Below are positions 1 through 12,700 of a stretch of 64,000 nucleotides of DNA, one piece after another. Source of the stretch: Neoechinorhynchus agilis (taxonomy: Eukaryota > Animalia > Acanthocephala); the NCBI GenBank assembly GCA_051530055.1, contig CM121342.1, positions 12,539,480-12,603,479 of the forward strand, read 5' to 3'. Position numbers and translations under genes: made by a program. The notes under the pieces are model-generated. The model was not told where the DNA came from and did no database searches. It saw nothing but the letters and a program-made list of their open reading frames with translations. Position 1 is the stretch's first letter. The number at the start of each line of letters is the position of its first letter.

Positions 1-1170
1 TTAAATTCAAAACAGTGCTAGACTTGCGATCCCGTGATATTTTCATTCCACTTTTTCAGTTCGTTCATCTTCACTTAAGAAAAAATAGCTTTAAAATTAC
101 TGTCTTTGCCATATCGAAACTCCTATAAGATTGGGCTATATTCCATATTTATTTTCGACGAAATTGTGGTAATATATCGACATGGAACGTCCAGGATCAT
201 ATCATTGAGCCCATTCTGAACACAATCGTGTCCGTAAACTCCTTCCAAATAAATCTTTTGTTGTTGAAATCTAAAAATAAAATGAGGTGCAGAATATGTG
301 GCATAAATTTTACAATGTGGGCATGAACTCACCCAGATTGCTAACCTTAAGATATTTTTTCACCTTAATCAAAAACTAGCGATGAACCATGACAGTTGGC
401 GAAAGCACTTAAGGATTCTTAACGTAAACTATAAGAAGACGTTATGCTTTGCCCACGATTTTATTCTTCTTATCCACAGCGGGTAAGTTTAAAATCTGAT
501 TTACAATAAATCATATGTCGATATTAGACGCTAACAAAGAAATTTTGAGAAAACCTTGAGCAGGCTATCTTAAAAGCAATTTAGAATCGTCCCAATTTGA
601 AGCGTGATAAAAAGCTCATGCTTATAAAGTTATTTATCAGTTTTACAGACAATATATTTGATGCAATTAAAAAACAAGATCTGTTAATCAAAGTTTCGTA
701 AATCTTACATGAAAAATAATATTCATGTTAGTCACTGTCAAATTGTTGTTAAGTTTTTTCCAAAAATTGTTGCACACGTTCAATGTACTCTTTTCACTAC
801 ACTGCCAATTTTAAATTTGATATTTTGTAGTTAATCGTTCGAAGAAAAAGAACTAATAATTGAAGATCCGTAAATCCCGAGCTAACAATTAAATTTGCAT
901 CTGATCTTCGCTTTTTTCGTCTATCTCCTATGATTTAAAACTTGATTTTATAGACCTAATAAATACTAATATTGCGAAATAAAATTTTCTTCCAAATAAA
1001 GAAAATATTTAACAAACTGAATAAAATCAAGAGAATTATGAGAAAATTTTAATTAACTCCTTCAAAATCTCGTAGCAGAAATCATTCACACCACCGCTCT
1101 GGATCACTCAGCTGCCGTCCTGGTAGAAAAATTAACACAGATTGCAGTTATATAATCCAGGCCAGCTGGT

Positions 1171-1358
1171 AAATCTTATTCTGTGTTTACTTCTGGTCGT
1201 TCTTCACGGCTGATAATTTTTTCTTGCGCACCTTGCACACCAATGTGGGTCAGGGAAGCGCATAAAATCACTTTCCCTGACCCAGATCGGTCGGCTGTGT
1301 GCTCAATAAAAAATTATCAGCAGTGAAAAAAGCCAGACGTAAACAAAAAACTAGTTTA
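1171..1358. mobile_element. Foldback/MITE-like palindromic element (family A)
   Basis: Nested inverted repeats: TGGGTCAGGGAAG (1246-1258) vs CTTTCCCTGACCCA (1271-1284); CTGATAATTTTTT vs AAAAAATTATCAG; TGTTTAC (1184) vs GTAAACA (1339). Shares motifs with 6437-6680 and 51430-51480. Confidence 0.7.
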
Positions 1359-1399
1359 ATTCATCAGATAAGCAATTGAAGCCGATGACAAATTTAAAG

Positions 1400-2345
1400 T
1401 CACGACTAAGATTTAACTTTATGATCTCATAAATCACCTATTAAGTTTAATCCGTTGAAAACCTGTGAAACGACATCGATCGATAGGCAGAAAATAATGA
1501 TGCCATTTCCTTTTAATATATAAAGAATGTGACCTCCTGGTCACGCACGGGTCGTGGATTATGGAATTTAAAAAGTCCATCAAATCAACTGGTGATCAAA
1601 TCTATTTATGACGCTGCAGAGCCTGTATGCTTCGAAAGAGTGCACTTCATTGATGACACGAATCAAATGATCTACTCCATTATGAGAAATAAGGTTAGAA
1701 TTCGTCTATACAATACTAAAGAAATCGTTCTCAGAAGCACATTAAGGAGGAGGGGTAAACTGAGCCGACTGATGGGATATATAGAATTCATTGTGAACAG
1801 TGTGAGAAAGTCTATATCGGACAAACGTTGCAAGGCATTGAGAAGAAGGTCGCTCAACATAAGCAAGCCTGCAGTCGATTTGAGCATTCCTCGGCAATCT
1901 CCAATCATCAAGAAACCTTTAAGCATCGCGCGGATTTTGGTGACACTTACTTTCTAGAAAAAGAAAAACTTAAAAAGACGTCTTGTTTTGGAGGCCTTAC
2001 ATATCGCTGTGTCCAACGCAATGAAAGGAAATAAAGCTATTTTTAGCTTGAAACTACCGGGGGAAAACGTAACACAGCTAGATGATTGATGAGGCGAGGT
2101 TACCTCGCGAAATATTTCCAATCAATAAAATATGTTATGACCGGTATTATTTTCACCAAAAGTGTATAAAAAATTAAATGTCGACGAAGAGGGTTTATTT
2201 TTTCTCTATTCGGCTCATTAATTGTCGAAAAGCGTCTTTATTTGCACAGGGCAATAGAAGGATCGAGAAACATTGTTATTTCAGTCAAAAAAAAGTTCGC
2301 AGAAACCGTAAGACTGAATTCTTTGATCTCATAAATCATATATTT
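1400..2345 (+). mobile_element. Degenerate Penelope-like element remnant (GIY-YIG endonuclease end)
   Basis: The frame at ~1770-1960 reads GIYRIHCEQCEKVYIGQTLQGIEKKVAQHKQ...SAISNH...H.ADF, a GIY-YIG motif, with frameshifts. A direct repeat TGATCTCATAAATCA at ~1422 and ~2325 resembles pseudo-LTRs. Confidence 0.75.
2079..2123 (+). ncRNA. Degenerate minimal hammerhead ribozyme motif at the Penelope 3' end
   Basis: TTGATGA-G-GCGAGG-tta-CCTCGC-GAAA-TATT. Core CUGAUGA has C>U; perfect 6-bp stem II; palindromic ATAT helix III. Confidence 0.5.
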
Positions 2346-2413
2346 ATAAAAGAGAAAGTGACCACGCAGAGCAATAGAATTTTATGCGTGAATCGTTCCG
2401 TTCTCAAACAGAC

Positions 2414-2600
2414 TTATTGTTAAGGTTTACACTCGGTAAATGATTATTTCGATTAAAGACGCTTCGAACCTCGTCGGGTTCACAATCAGTTTGTTTATTA
2501 GTAATAGACGCTTACTAACAAACAAACTGATGATGAACCAGACGAGGTTCAAAACGTCTTTAATAAATAATCATTTACCGGGTGTAGACCTAAACAATAA
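2414..2600. repeat. ~190 bp palindrome whose arms each carry a hammerhead-like motif
   Basis: Arms of ~85 bp are reverse complements. The right arm has CTGATGA-T-GAACC-agacga-GGTTC-AAAA-CGTC (2527-2558). Related sequences occur at 30015-30118 and 60003-60075. Confidence 0.7.
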
Positions 2601-4354
2601 TTCCAATCACCTACCCCGGTACCTCACATATCGACATTTTTATAACCATTTTTGATATTAACATTTACTGGAAGATCACTATGCATATTTGCTGAAGAAT
2701 AATTGTCAGAACCACGGGATAAATATTAAAAACTCGGCTAATTTTTATCAGCGATCAAAATTTTGTTATTTAAAAAATATGATTCTTTAATGCAATTTTT
2801 GTTGCCATTAATGGCATTTATAATTTTAACATCCCTGCAGTTTAAAAACCTTAAGACATAGGAAGCAAAGAAATCAGCTTCTAATTAACTAAACGGTCAA
2901 AAAATAGAGTAAGAAACCATTTTTAACAACGGCGCAAGTCTGTCCCGAGATGATGAATTTCACCCAATACCTATAGTACCTCAATGTCTCTTCGTATTGC
3001 TGCAAAAAAGAAAACGACAATTTAGGAATAAAATAGTGATCAGAAGACGAATATTTTTCATTATCGTATACCTATCGCAAACATTTTAAAACGTTGGCTG
3101 TAAAATAAAACTAAGCGTCGAAGTTCAAAAGTTACGTCGTTTTAATGGGTTGATGTCTTCCATATAAACTCGACAAGGCGCTTAATTTTAAATTCGACCT
3201 TTGAACTGAGATCTTTCAATTGTATGCCAATTTTGCAAGTGATAAATGGATTCGATCCCAAATGCTTGATAATCTTTACGGTAAAGAATTTGGAATCTCG
3301 TCATTAGTTGACAAAAGACAGAATTAAGATTGAGGACCGCTAAATCTCAACATCTACGATCAATTTCATTCTCCAATTTATCCTTCATTGCTCACTGACC
3401 ACCAAAAGCAGAAATGGCATAGAGATGAGCCGAAGAAAAACGCCTTTCCTTTGAAGCCAAATCGCACATTTATAAAATATTTTGTTCGCTTATTTTCAAA
3501 AAATCGGCACTATTTATCCAATTTTTTTCTAAGGACCACAAAACTTCTAATTTAGAGCTGATTTATTGCTTATTCTTAAAAGTAATTGATCGAAACGTTC
3601 AAAGCTGACATAGCTAAAGTCATTAATTTAATAAATCAGCTGCAGCCTGAGTTAAATTTTAACGTTAGCTTTAGATCTTCATGAATTATTTTTCAATGCG
3701 AGCGAGTTCGCAGGTTTAAAAATATTTTATTTATTAAACACAGAATACGAAAATCAGTCCGTGATGATTTGTACAATTATTTCGTTCTTGAATAAGAACA
3801 CTTTTGATGGGATGTGTAAACTCAGTCAAGGTGCCAGTAAAGGCCGACTACTCGTACGAAAATAATCTTCCGTTCAAATAATACTTTTAGTTGATCTATT
3901 TTAGTAGTGTGCCGATGAAATTAAAAACATCTTGTGTGCTACCAAACCCTTGAAGTTTCCGAATCTAAACATTCTCAAGGATTTCCTATTGTATTTCATC
4001 TTAGCTCATGTTTACAAGTCTATGCACGTTTTTAGATTAACGAACTATGCATTGAAACAAGGTGTGAGCGTTAATCTATCTCAATAGAATTCAATGTGAT
4101 CACATTTTTGATTATACAACCCGATTTTCAACGAATACCCTTGATATATTGAGCTCGATGTCCATCTATTCGAACGTTGTGATTTCTGTGAAATTCCCAT
4201 TCGACGATCTTTAAATTATACTGAGTTTATGTACGAAAATTGTTTTGCTGATCAAACGTTTACTACTATGCTGAAAAGCACAAAATAAAAAAATGTCAGG
4301 TTGGAACTTGTATTTTCCATTTGATCAGCACTCGATCTCTTCAATCTTCTAGAT

Positions 4355-6057
4355 ATGAAAAAGGGTAAACTAAATTTGGTGATCTACAAAAACGATCTCT
4401 GTTTATATCTCGTACATGTTGTCGTACTAACTTCGATTTTACTTATTACTTACGTAGTAAACGTCCGAAGCCTCAGACGAATTCCAAACGTTTTGAATGA
4501 CAATAACAATTCAGCTAAGAAGTTATTTTGGATGCTTATCGCTTTTGGGCGCTACTCTGCGCTAGTCTCTCTTCCGATTACACTTTCTTTACTCTTGGGA
4601 TTGTACATACCACCCTATAGGACGGCGCAAGGCAAATCGAAGGTGCCGCGAGTAGATCAATCCACGATTTGTTTTAGAGTTGTTACTCGAGGAACTTTTC
4701 CAGCACTCGTAAACCGAACGGTCCGTTACAATCTTATGTTATGCCAGAGAATGAGCCCGGCACTGGGCAGTTTTATGTTTGAAATTGTGACGGATAATGA
4801 AATAAAGGACCTCCCTGAAGTTGTTAGGCAAGTAGTCGTGCCACTTGGATACTCCACGAAAAGACGTACGCTGTTCAAAGCAAGAGCGCTTCACTACGCG
4901 TTAGAAGATGGTATAGAATGCGATTTCCTTTCCGATCGATGATGACCCGGGAGTGTTGACTATATATTGGCTAAGTTAACCTTTTCTGTACCAAATTATG
5001 TAGTTTAGAAAAAATGAGTTAGATGATTTGGCTTGGTAGTGGACGTTGTTATATGGTCAACTGTGCGCTCCACCTAAGAATCCTTCATTTTCCCAGTAGT
5101 TGATGATGGATCATCGGCCATCGGAAGAGAATTCCCATTGAAAATTTATTAAAACCCGGAGATTGGATTTTTCACTTGGACGAGGAATCAGTTCTGACGG
5201 AGTCGCTGATAGGTGGAATCATAGCGTTTATCAATGCACAAAAAGTTGCTTCATGCCCAAAATCATTTGGCCAGGGCGCCATAACCTATGGTCGCATTGA
5301 GATCATCAATATCTTTACGACGGTCGCGGAAAGTTTCCGCGTTGCTGCTGATTATGGTATCTTTCGATTCTGTTTATTGCTACTACAATCACCGGCATTT
5401 GGCTTCAAAGGATCGTTTATTTTAGCGGAATACAGCGCCGAGAAATCACTAGGCTTTGATTACGGACCAAATGGCTCGTTAAGTGAAGATATATTCTTCG
5501 CTATCAATGCGAAATCAAAAGGATATTCGTTCGGATGGATCTGCGGCGAATTAAACGAGAAAGGGACGTTTAGTACTGCTGATTTCTTAAGACAAAGGAA
5601 ACGCTGGTTTAGTGGAATTAAAAATACTGTTCTGTGCTCTACTCTTCCATTTTTGAGTAGATTTTCTTTTCTCTTCGCTTTCGTGTCAACCTGCACAATG
5701 CCAATAAGTCTACTGGCCAATATTATCTGCATAGTGATGAGAAAAAGACCCGTTATTATAGTACTTGAAGCACTGTTCGCCTTCCTATGTGCAGTAAATT
5801 CATATGCGTTCACATAACACTGCATTTTTCCGCCTCAGGGAGTCATCGGAAAACTGGAGCAATACGGATTCTTGAGATCAATTGACCTTTCCAAACTTAC
5901 TTGGAAACGTCGCTTCATTGCGATTGCATTAAACTTCGTGGGTCCAATATATTTATGCGTTCTAGAGTCAGTTTCACTTATTTGGTCTTTGGTACCCACA
6001 AAGAACCGACCTACAACATTCTATATCGTTCAAAAGGAAATCGAGCTCAATGTTTGA
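4355..6057 (+). CDS. egh: Beta-1,4-mannosyltransferase egghead/bre-3 homolog; inferred exons 4355-4912, 5143-5815, 5864-6057 (474 aa)
   Basis: Motifs ICFRVVTRG, FEIVTD, FKARALHYALED, DWIFHLDEES, FGQGAITYG, SFRVAAD, EDIFF, QRKRWFSG and C-terminal FYIVQK. Two stop-containing interruptions are removed as hairpin introns. Confidence 0.9.
4913..5142 (+). other. Candidate non-canonical stem-closed intron (egh intron 1)
   Basis: ATAG + arm AATGCGATTTCCTTTCCGAT (4917-4936) pairs with 5120-5139, then GAA. The join gives LEDG-NLLKPGDW. Exact junction is uncertain by 1-2 codons. Confidence 0.65.
5816..5863 (+). other. Candidate non-canonical stem-closed intron (egh intron 2)
   Basis: 48 nt with TA at both junctions and an 11/13 bp stem. 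The join gives AVNSYAFT-YGFLRS. Confidence 0.75.
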
Positions 6058-6436
6058 ACCTTAAGACGTATTGTGATCATACGCTTGTTAAATAAGAAAG
6101 CACATAATTGCAATATGAGCGAGTTTGTGCTAAAGTACATAGAAACAAATCGGTAAACCAGAAATAAACTCTAGCTCGATCGCTATGTGACTGTAGGATG
6201 ATTGGGCGAACTCATGGGTTCTCAACTAAAATCGAATTTTGCAAACAAAAGATCTATCACTGCCTAGTTCAGTGTTCAAATGTGATCGATATTGACAAAA
6301 TTTCGCCAAGTTTTAATTTTCTCTATAATGCTAAATTTATTCCTTTTAAATCCCATTGACGTACAGTCGCTGTACATTTTAATAAAAATATTTTATCTTA
6401 TGTTTGGCTAGTCGGTTACATTTTTTGTCTAAGTGT

Positions 6437-6680
6437 TGTGAACATCCCTTACACGGCTGACAATTTTTCTTGGGCACACAAACCACGAGACGAGATACGG
6501 CTGAATGAAGGAAACTCCATAATGAGTACCACCTCCTGGAGGTATATAAAGATCCGAAGGGATGTACAAACTCATGACCGTATGGTTCAGGGTTTAAGTG
6601 ATTTCATATATTTTTCTGGCCCAGATCGGTGTTCTGTGTACCCAACACAAAACTTAGAGAAAAAAATATTTACTTCAAAT
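6437..6680. mobile_element. Partial copy of foldback family A
   Basis: CACGGCTGACAATTTTTCTTG and CCCAGATCGGT match the 1171-1358 element. GGAGGTAT...GATCCGAAGGGATGTACAAACTCATGACCGTA matches the arms of 58411-58780. Confidence 0.6.
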
Positions 6681-6699
6681 AATCCAGGGCGTCACAATG

Positions 6700-8058
6700 T
6701 CATTTGAACAGCTTAGTGAGCAATAACAATCGAATTGCGCCTAACATTGAATTGATACACCAAAAGAACGGAAATACCTAGATACGATTTATCGAACAAG
6801 AACGTCAAAATGGATGACTACCGATGGCAAATACAAGGAACGAATCGTCAGTAACACAATAAATATTCTTGATATCCATATCCGGATCAGATGGAGCTGA
6901 TTAGACATCATCACTTTGCTGACCTATGAAAATACAGCGCGTGTCCTTACTTTATTAGAACCGAGAGCAAATAATACCTGAGTATTAGCAAGTGAGATTA
7001 AACAAAACAAGATTGATATTAAAGCCATCGGATCAGGTTCAGATAGATTTTTGATCCACAAGAAAGAGCTTGACGATAATTCCGAAGGCATTGGTTTAAA
7101 TTCGTTAAGAATAATCAAGTCAACGGTTTTTATGGTGAAAAAAACCCTTGCCACTTATCGACATGAAGGGAGCAAATGTTGCTGGGCACTAAATAGGCGC
7201 TCTTTATAAAGCCAATAATGAAGAGACCATGTGAACGATATCCATGGTGATCCCATAAATACACTATAAGTGATCAAACGGGATGGATGAACGTTGCGCT
7301 TTCGTAAGACTTCCATTTTTTCGGTTTGAGACTTGATAATAAACTCGTAATTTTTGTGCGTTCTTGATTTTATTAGCTTACCCTATTCATCAGCATTCGA
7401 TGAAACGCCATATCAGGATCGGTTTTTTTGTCGGCTTCTTTTAACGTTCTCAAATCGATATCATTCAATTCCGTTTGTGACTGTTTTAATCTCTTAGCGT
7501 CGTTGAATTGAGCATAAGTTAAAGGTACATTGATGGCCATATTTATGCATAAAGAAGAGATGGCGATCACAGCACTTGCATGATTGTTGCTCGTTTCGAT
7601 GCAATTTGAAATTGCTTTGATCACACTTAGAGCGGGTCGCGCTACGAATGGAGGACGGTTTTCATCAATGTCGAACGTGCCAATGAAGTTTATGGACGAC
7701 TTGAGTACAATTTTGATTTCACGATAAAAGAATGTTCAGATAGAGCTATTATTTCACCGAAAAATACAAATTTAACTCTATTTAGAAAAATGTCGGACAC
7801 AAGAGGATACCATTATCGTCAGGATCTATATCCATCTTTTTGCAAATTTGACATTCATGCAAACTCACAAAGAAAAATTTAATCTTCATAATTTTTTGAA
7901 GGATAAAGTTCAATCATTTCTAAGTTCTCCAAGTAGCGTGAAATCAGGAGTTTTAAAGGTGGCGATTTTAAAGATAATACATTAGCATGAAGTCGGAAAA
8001 GGCTCCCGGATGGTACCACCAATCTTCTGCACAGCGCTGGCTTCATCTGCAATAGCAT
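6700..8058 (-). CDS. COX18: COX18/OXA1 (YidC family) mitochondrial insertase, multi-exon
   Basis: Exon peptides INVPLTYAQ, RNVHPSRLITYSVFMGSPWISF, FLWIKNLSEPDPMALISI and VFPFFWCINS follow the COX18/Oxa1 pattern. Several GT-AG introns are readable; some boundaries are uncertain. Confidence 0.65.
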
Positions 8059-9039
8059 GTTTCCAATTCTGTGAACGTTGTGGATTCTACCATTAAAAAG
8101 ATAAAATGCAATAAAGCGATGTTTTAGAGTTTATATTGGTCTTTGTTTTAGGATTATATGTTAAATTTGAGATATTACAAATTAGGCTTACTAAACGTTT
8201 TCAAAAATTACCAAAAATCTTACTCGATCAATTAATATACAATGGAAGGTCGTTTATCTGCGAATTAATTGGGATCGGGCACCATTCGGATACGAAATTT
8301 TTTTCGGGTAACCGAAATCCCTATGTTATGTATTCAGTTTTTAAAGCTGGACTACAGATATCAAAGTTCTTAAAATGCGGGGGAAGTGGTTTAAAAAAGC
8401 AAAACTGGGGTAGAATTTCAATTTTTCTTTATTGTTGAAAATAATCACTTATTTGATCTCTGTACCACTGTACACCATCGTTTTTTCGCTGCAAAGCCTG
8501 TAAATCTCCTTTAGCTACTGAAGTTGAGTAGGAATCATTTTGCTGCAAGAAGGCGATACTAAGATCTTCCGAATAATGCACGTCGATTTTGTTTTAAACT
8601 GACAACCAAAGGTCTCGCTCTTATTTTTCGTACTCTACATTCTTGGTATTATCTTTACATAAGTTTAAAGTTTTGGACACTTAATTCAGTCGCGCATTTC
8701 ATATACCTTTTTGTGTCTTATGTGAATAATAAACGACGTTAAACTATAAATCCATACATTTTGAAATACAAAATATACAAATGATTTTGCAATTATTCTT
8801 CCATTACCAATAATTCAATGTTCGCATTTAATATTGTTTTTTGTTCTCAATTTTCTCGGAGCGGAAACGCAATCAATGTGAATTCGTAAGGGATGGATAC
8901 CATTCCATATTTGTGCCTTACCTTTGTCTGGTAATAATAACACATCTAATGTTAAAAATGTACAAAGTAAAGGACCCATGTAACTTTGGGTGCCCATAAG
9001 CATTCGAGTTCAGAGTTGATCAAAAAGCGTATCCGTTAG

Positions 9040-9120
9040 GGTGGGAATATCCCGTCCGGAGATGTCCACTAGGGTGGGAAATATTCCGTCGGGGGGGAGG
9101 TGTCCGATTGGGTGGGAATT
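9040..9120. repeat. Three ~35 bp degenerate direct repeats (AGGGTGGGAA...CCGTC...TGTCC)
   Basis: Read directly; they abut the foldback at 9122. Confidence 0.6.
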
Positions 9121-9121
9121 G

Positions 9122-9570
9122 CTCCTTTTTTATACCGGCGCTCCTTTTTCAATACTGCCCAATCTTCTCGAATACCCTGACAGGAAATGAACCGGAGGAA
9201 AGGACAACCTCACATGCTCTCCAACAAACAGAAACCGCCCATCCCCACACGAACGGACTTCCTCCGAGCGGATCTTCCCACTCGACCAAAACAGTAATAT
9301 ACTCAATAATCAACATCCACATTATTTGAACAACTCTGAACTCTAGCGCTTATGAGGACCAAAGGTTCGTAAGTCCAGATTCCTTGTATTTTAACAAATA
9401 AACGCGTTATTATTATAATACCCTGTCGGGGATGTTCGTTCGGGTTGGGATTGGTGGTTATTGTTTGTAGGAGCGCTTGTAAGGTTGGCCTTTCCTCGGG
9501 TTCATTTCAAGTTATGATATCCGAGAAGATTGGGCAACATAAAAAAAGGGGGCGTAAGTATAGGGAGGTG
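9122..9570. mobile_element. ~450 bp foldback element with ~150 bp imperfect terminal inverted repeats (family B)
   Basis: TGCCCAATCTTCTCG (9156-9170) vs CGAGAAGATTGGGCA (9522-9536); GAAATGAACCGGAGGAAAGGACAACCT vs AGGTTGGCCTTTCCTCGGGTTCATTTC. Confidence 0.8.
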
Positions 9571-9739
9571 CAAGGTACAGGAGAATCAATCGAATTGAGA
9601 TAAGAATAAAATCAGTTCCTTTTCGCCGATGCCGTAATGCTTATTTTTGGTACGCATGCCTGAGAAAATCCTATCCAACCTAGTACAATAAAAAATAACT
9701 GAATCTCAGGATCTTGCATGCGCTGCCGACGATCTTTTT

Positions 9740-12700
9740 CGTCAACTTTCTCCCTCGTATTCGTGGTCTACTCTCTCTCGTATTCGTCGTCCACTTTATC
9801 TCGCATTTTTCGTAGACTCTCTCTCGCGGCGTAGTCACTCACTCTCTCTCGTGGTGGTCGCCTATCCTCGCTCGTAATCGTCGCCTGCTCCCTCTTGTAT
9901 TCCTCCTCTGCTCTATTGTATTCGTCGCCCACTTTCTCGCGGAGTTGTCACCCACTCTAAAACGTTGTGGTCGCCTACTCTCTTTCGTGGTAGTCGCCCA
10001 CTCTCTCTCGCAATCGCCGCTTATACTCTATCTCGTATTCGTCGTCCGCTCTTTCGTCCGTATTTCTCGTCTACTTGCTCTCGCCACCATCGCTCACATC
10101 TCCGTTGTGGTCGTCTACTCTCTATTATATTCGTCGCCTACTTTCTCTCGTATTTCTCGTCTAATCTCTCCCTCGTATACGTCGTCTACGCTCTCTCGTA
10201 TTCGTCTTCTGCTTTCCCTTGTATTCGTCGTTTAATCTCGCTCTCGCATTCGTCTACCCTTTCTCGTATTCGTCGCATACTCTTTCTTTCGTATTTGTCG
10301 ACTACTTTCTCTCTCGTAATCGTTATTTACTCTCTTTCGTATTCGTCGTCTACTCTCTCTTTTATATTCGTCGTCTACTTTCTCTCGTATTCGTCGCCCA
10401 CTCTTTATTTGGTATTCGTCGTCTATTCTCTATGTCGTAATGGTCGTCTACTCCCTCTTTCGTATTCATCGTCCACTCTCTCTCGCATTCATCGTCTAAT
10501 TTCTCGTAACCAACGTTTACTCTCTATTGTGGTAGTCTATTTTTTCTTTAGTTGTGGTCGTCTATTCTCTCTACTGTGTTCGTCATCTACTTTCTCTCGT
10601 ATCTGTCGTCAAGTCTCTCTTTCGTATACGTTGTCTACTTTCTCGCGTATTCGTCTACTCTCTCGTATTCGTCCTGTATACTCTGTTTCGCATTCGTCGT
10701 CGAATCTCTCTTTCGTATTCGTCGTCTACTCTATCTATTTCGTATCCGTCGCCCACTCTCTCGTAATCGTTATCTACTCTCTCCATCGTGTTGGTCGGTT
10801 ACTTTCTCTCGCAATCGCCGTTTGCTCTCTCTCTCTCGTGCTAGTCTATGCTCTTTCTAGTTGCGGTCGTCTACTCTCTCTCTATTGTATTCGTCGTCTA
10901 CCTTCCCTCATATTTGACGTTGAATTTCTCTCTCGTATACGTCGTCTACCCTCGCTCGTATTCGTCATCGATTCTCTCCCGCATTCGTCGTCCAAATTCT
11001 CTCCTATTCGTCGTCTACTCTCGTTCGTATGCGTCGTTTACTTTCTCTCGCCTTCGTCGTCTTATCTCTCTTTCATATTCGTCGTCTACTCTCTCTCTCG
11101 TATTCGTCGCCTAATCTCTCTCGCAATCGTCGTCTACTCTCTCGTTCGTATTCGACATCTACTTTCTATCGTAATCGTCGTTTCCTCGACTTTTCGTTTT
11201 TGTCGTGTACTCTCTCCCGTAATCGTCGTCCACATTCTCCCCCATTCTTCGTCCAATCTCTATATCCCGTATACGTCGTCTACTCTCTCGTATTCGTCGC
11301 CCGCTCTCTATTTCGTATTCGTCGTCTTCCTTCTCTTGTAACCGACGTTTACTCTCTATCGTGGTTGTATATCCACTCGCCAGTTGTGGTCGTATATTCT
11401 CTCTATTGTATTCGTCGTCTACTTTCTCTAGTATGCGTCGCCTAGTCTCTCTATCTTATACGTCGTCTACTCTCTCTATCTCGTATTCGTCACCTACTCG
11501 CTCTTCTGTGTTCGTCGTCTACTTTTTCTCGTTTTCGTCGTCTACTCTCGATTCTGTGTTCGTTGTCTACTTTTTCTCGTATTCGTCGGAACTCTTGCTC
11601 TCTCGCATTCGTCGTCTACTCTCTTTCGTATTCGCCGTCTACTTTCTCCCGTATTCGTGGCCATCTCTCTCTTCTAGTCGTGGTATACTCTCTCGTATTC
11701 CTCGTCTAATCTCTCTCGTGTTCGTCGTGTACACTCTGTTTCGTATTCGTCGCTACTCTATCTCGTATTCTTCGTCTACCCACTCTTGTGTTTGTCGTCT
11801 ACTTTCTCTCGTATTCGTCGCTGCTCTCTCTTGCATTCGTCATCTACTCTCCTTCGTATCTGTCGTCTTCTGTCTCCCGTATTCGTCGTCTACTCTTTCT
11901 TGTATTCGTCGTCTACCCTTTCTTGTAATCGTCGTCTACTCTTTCTTGCATTCGTTGTCATCGCTCTCCCGTATTCGTCGTCAGCCCTCTCCTAGTCGTG
12001 GTATACTCTCTCGTTTTCGTCGTCTAATCTATCTGGTATTCGAAGTATACTCTCTCTTTCGTATTCGTCGTCTACTCTCTCGTATTCACAGTCTACTCTC
12101 TTTCTCTCGTGTTCTTCGTCTTCTCTCTCATGTTCGTCCTTTATTCTCTCTTGTATTCGTCGTATACTCTCTCTTTTGTGTTTGTCGTATACTCTCGTTT
12201 GTATTCGTCGTCCACTCTCCATTTCGTATTCGTCGTCTATTCCCTATCTCGTAGTCGTCGTCTACTCCCTATTTCATATTCGTCGTCCCCTCTCTCTTAT
12301 TCGTCGTCTACTTTCTCTCGTAGCCAACGTTTACTCTCTATCGTGGTAGTCTATCTTCCCCCTAGTTGTGGTCGTCCAATCGCTCTATTGTATGCGTCGA
12401 CTACTTTGTCGAATATCCGTCGTCTAGTCTCTCTCTCGTATACGTCGTCTACTCTCACTTGTATTCGTCGTCAACTCTCTCTATCTCGTATCCGTCGTCT
12501 ACGCTCGTAATCGTCTCCCACTCACTCGCATATGCCGTCTACTCTGTCTCTTTCGTATTCGTCGTCTATTTTCTCTCGTAACCGACGTTTACTCTCCGTC
12601 GTGGAACTCTATCCTCTCTCTAGTTGTGGTCGTCCATTCTCTCTATTGTATTCCTCGTCTACTTTATCTCGTATCTGTCGCCTGGTGTCTCTCGTATACG

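Noticed and set aside
123-332. Short Cys/His-containing ORF
   Set aside because: No complete zinc-finger or transposase motif.
7130-7210. Possible hairpin intron in COX18 around the in-frame TAA
   Set aside because: The stem is weak, there is no T|A start, and a 36-nt GT-AG intron explains the stop.
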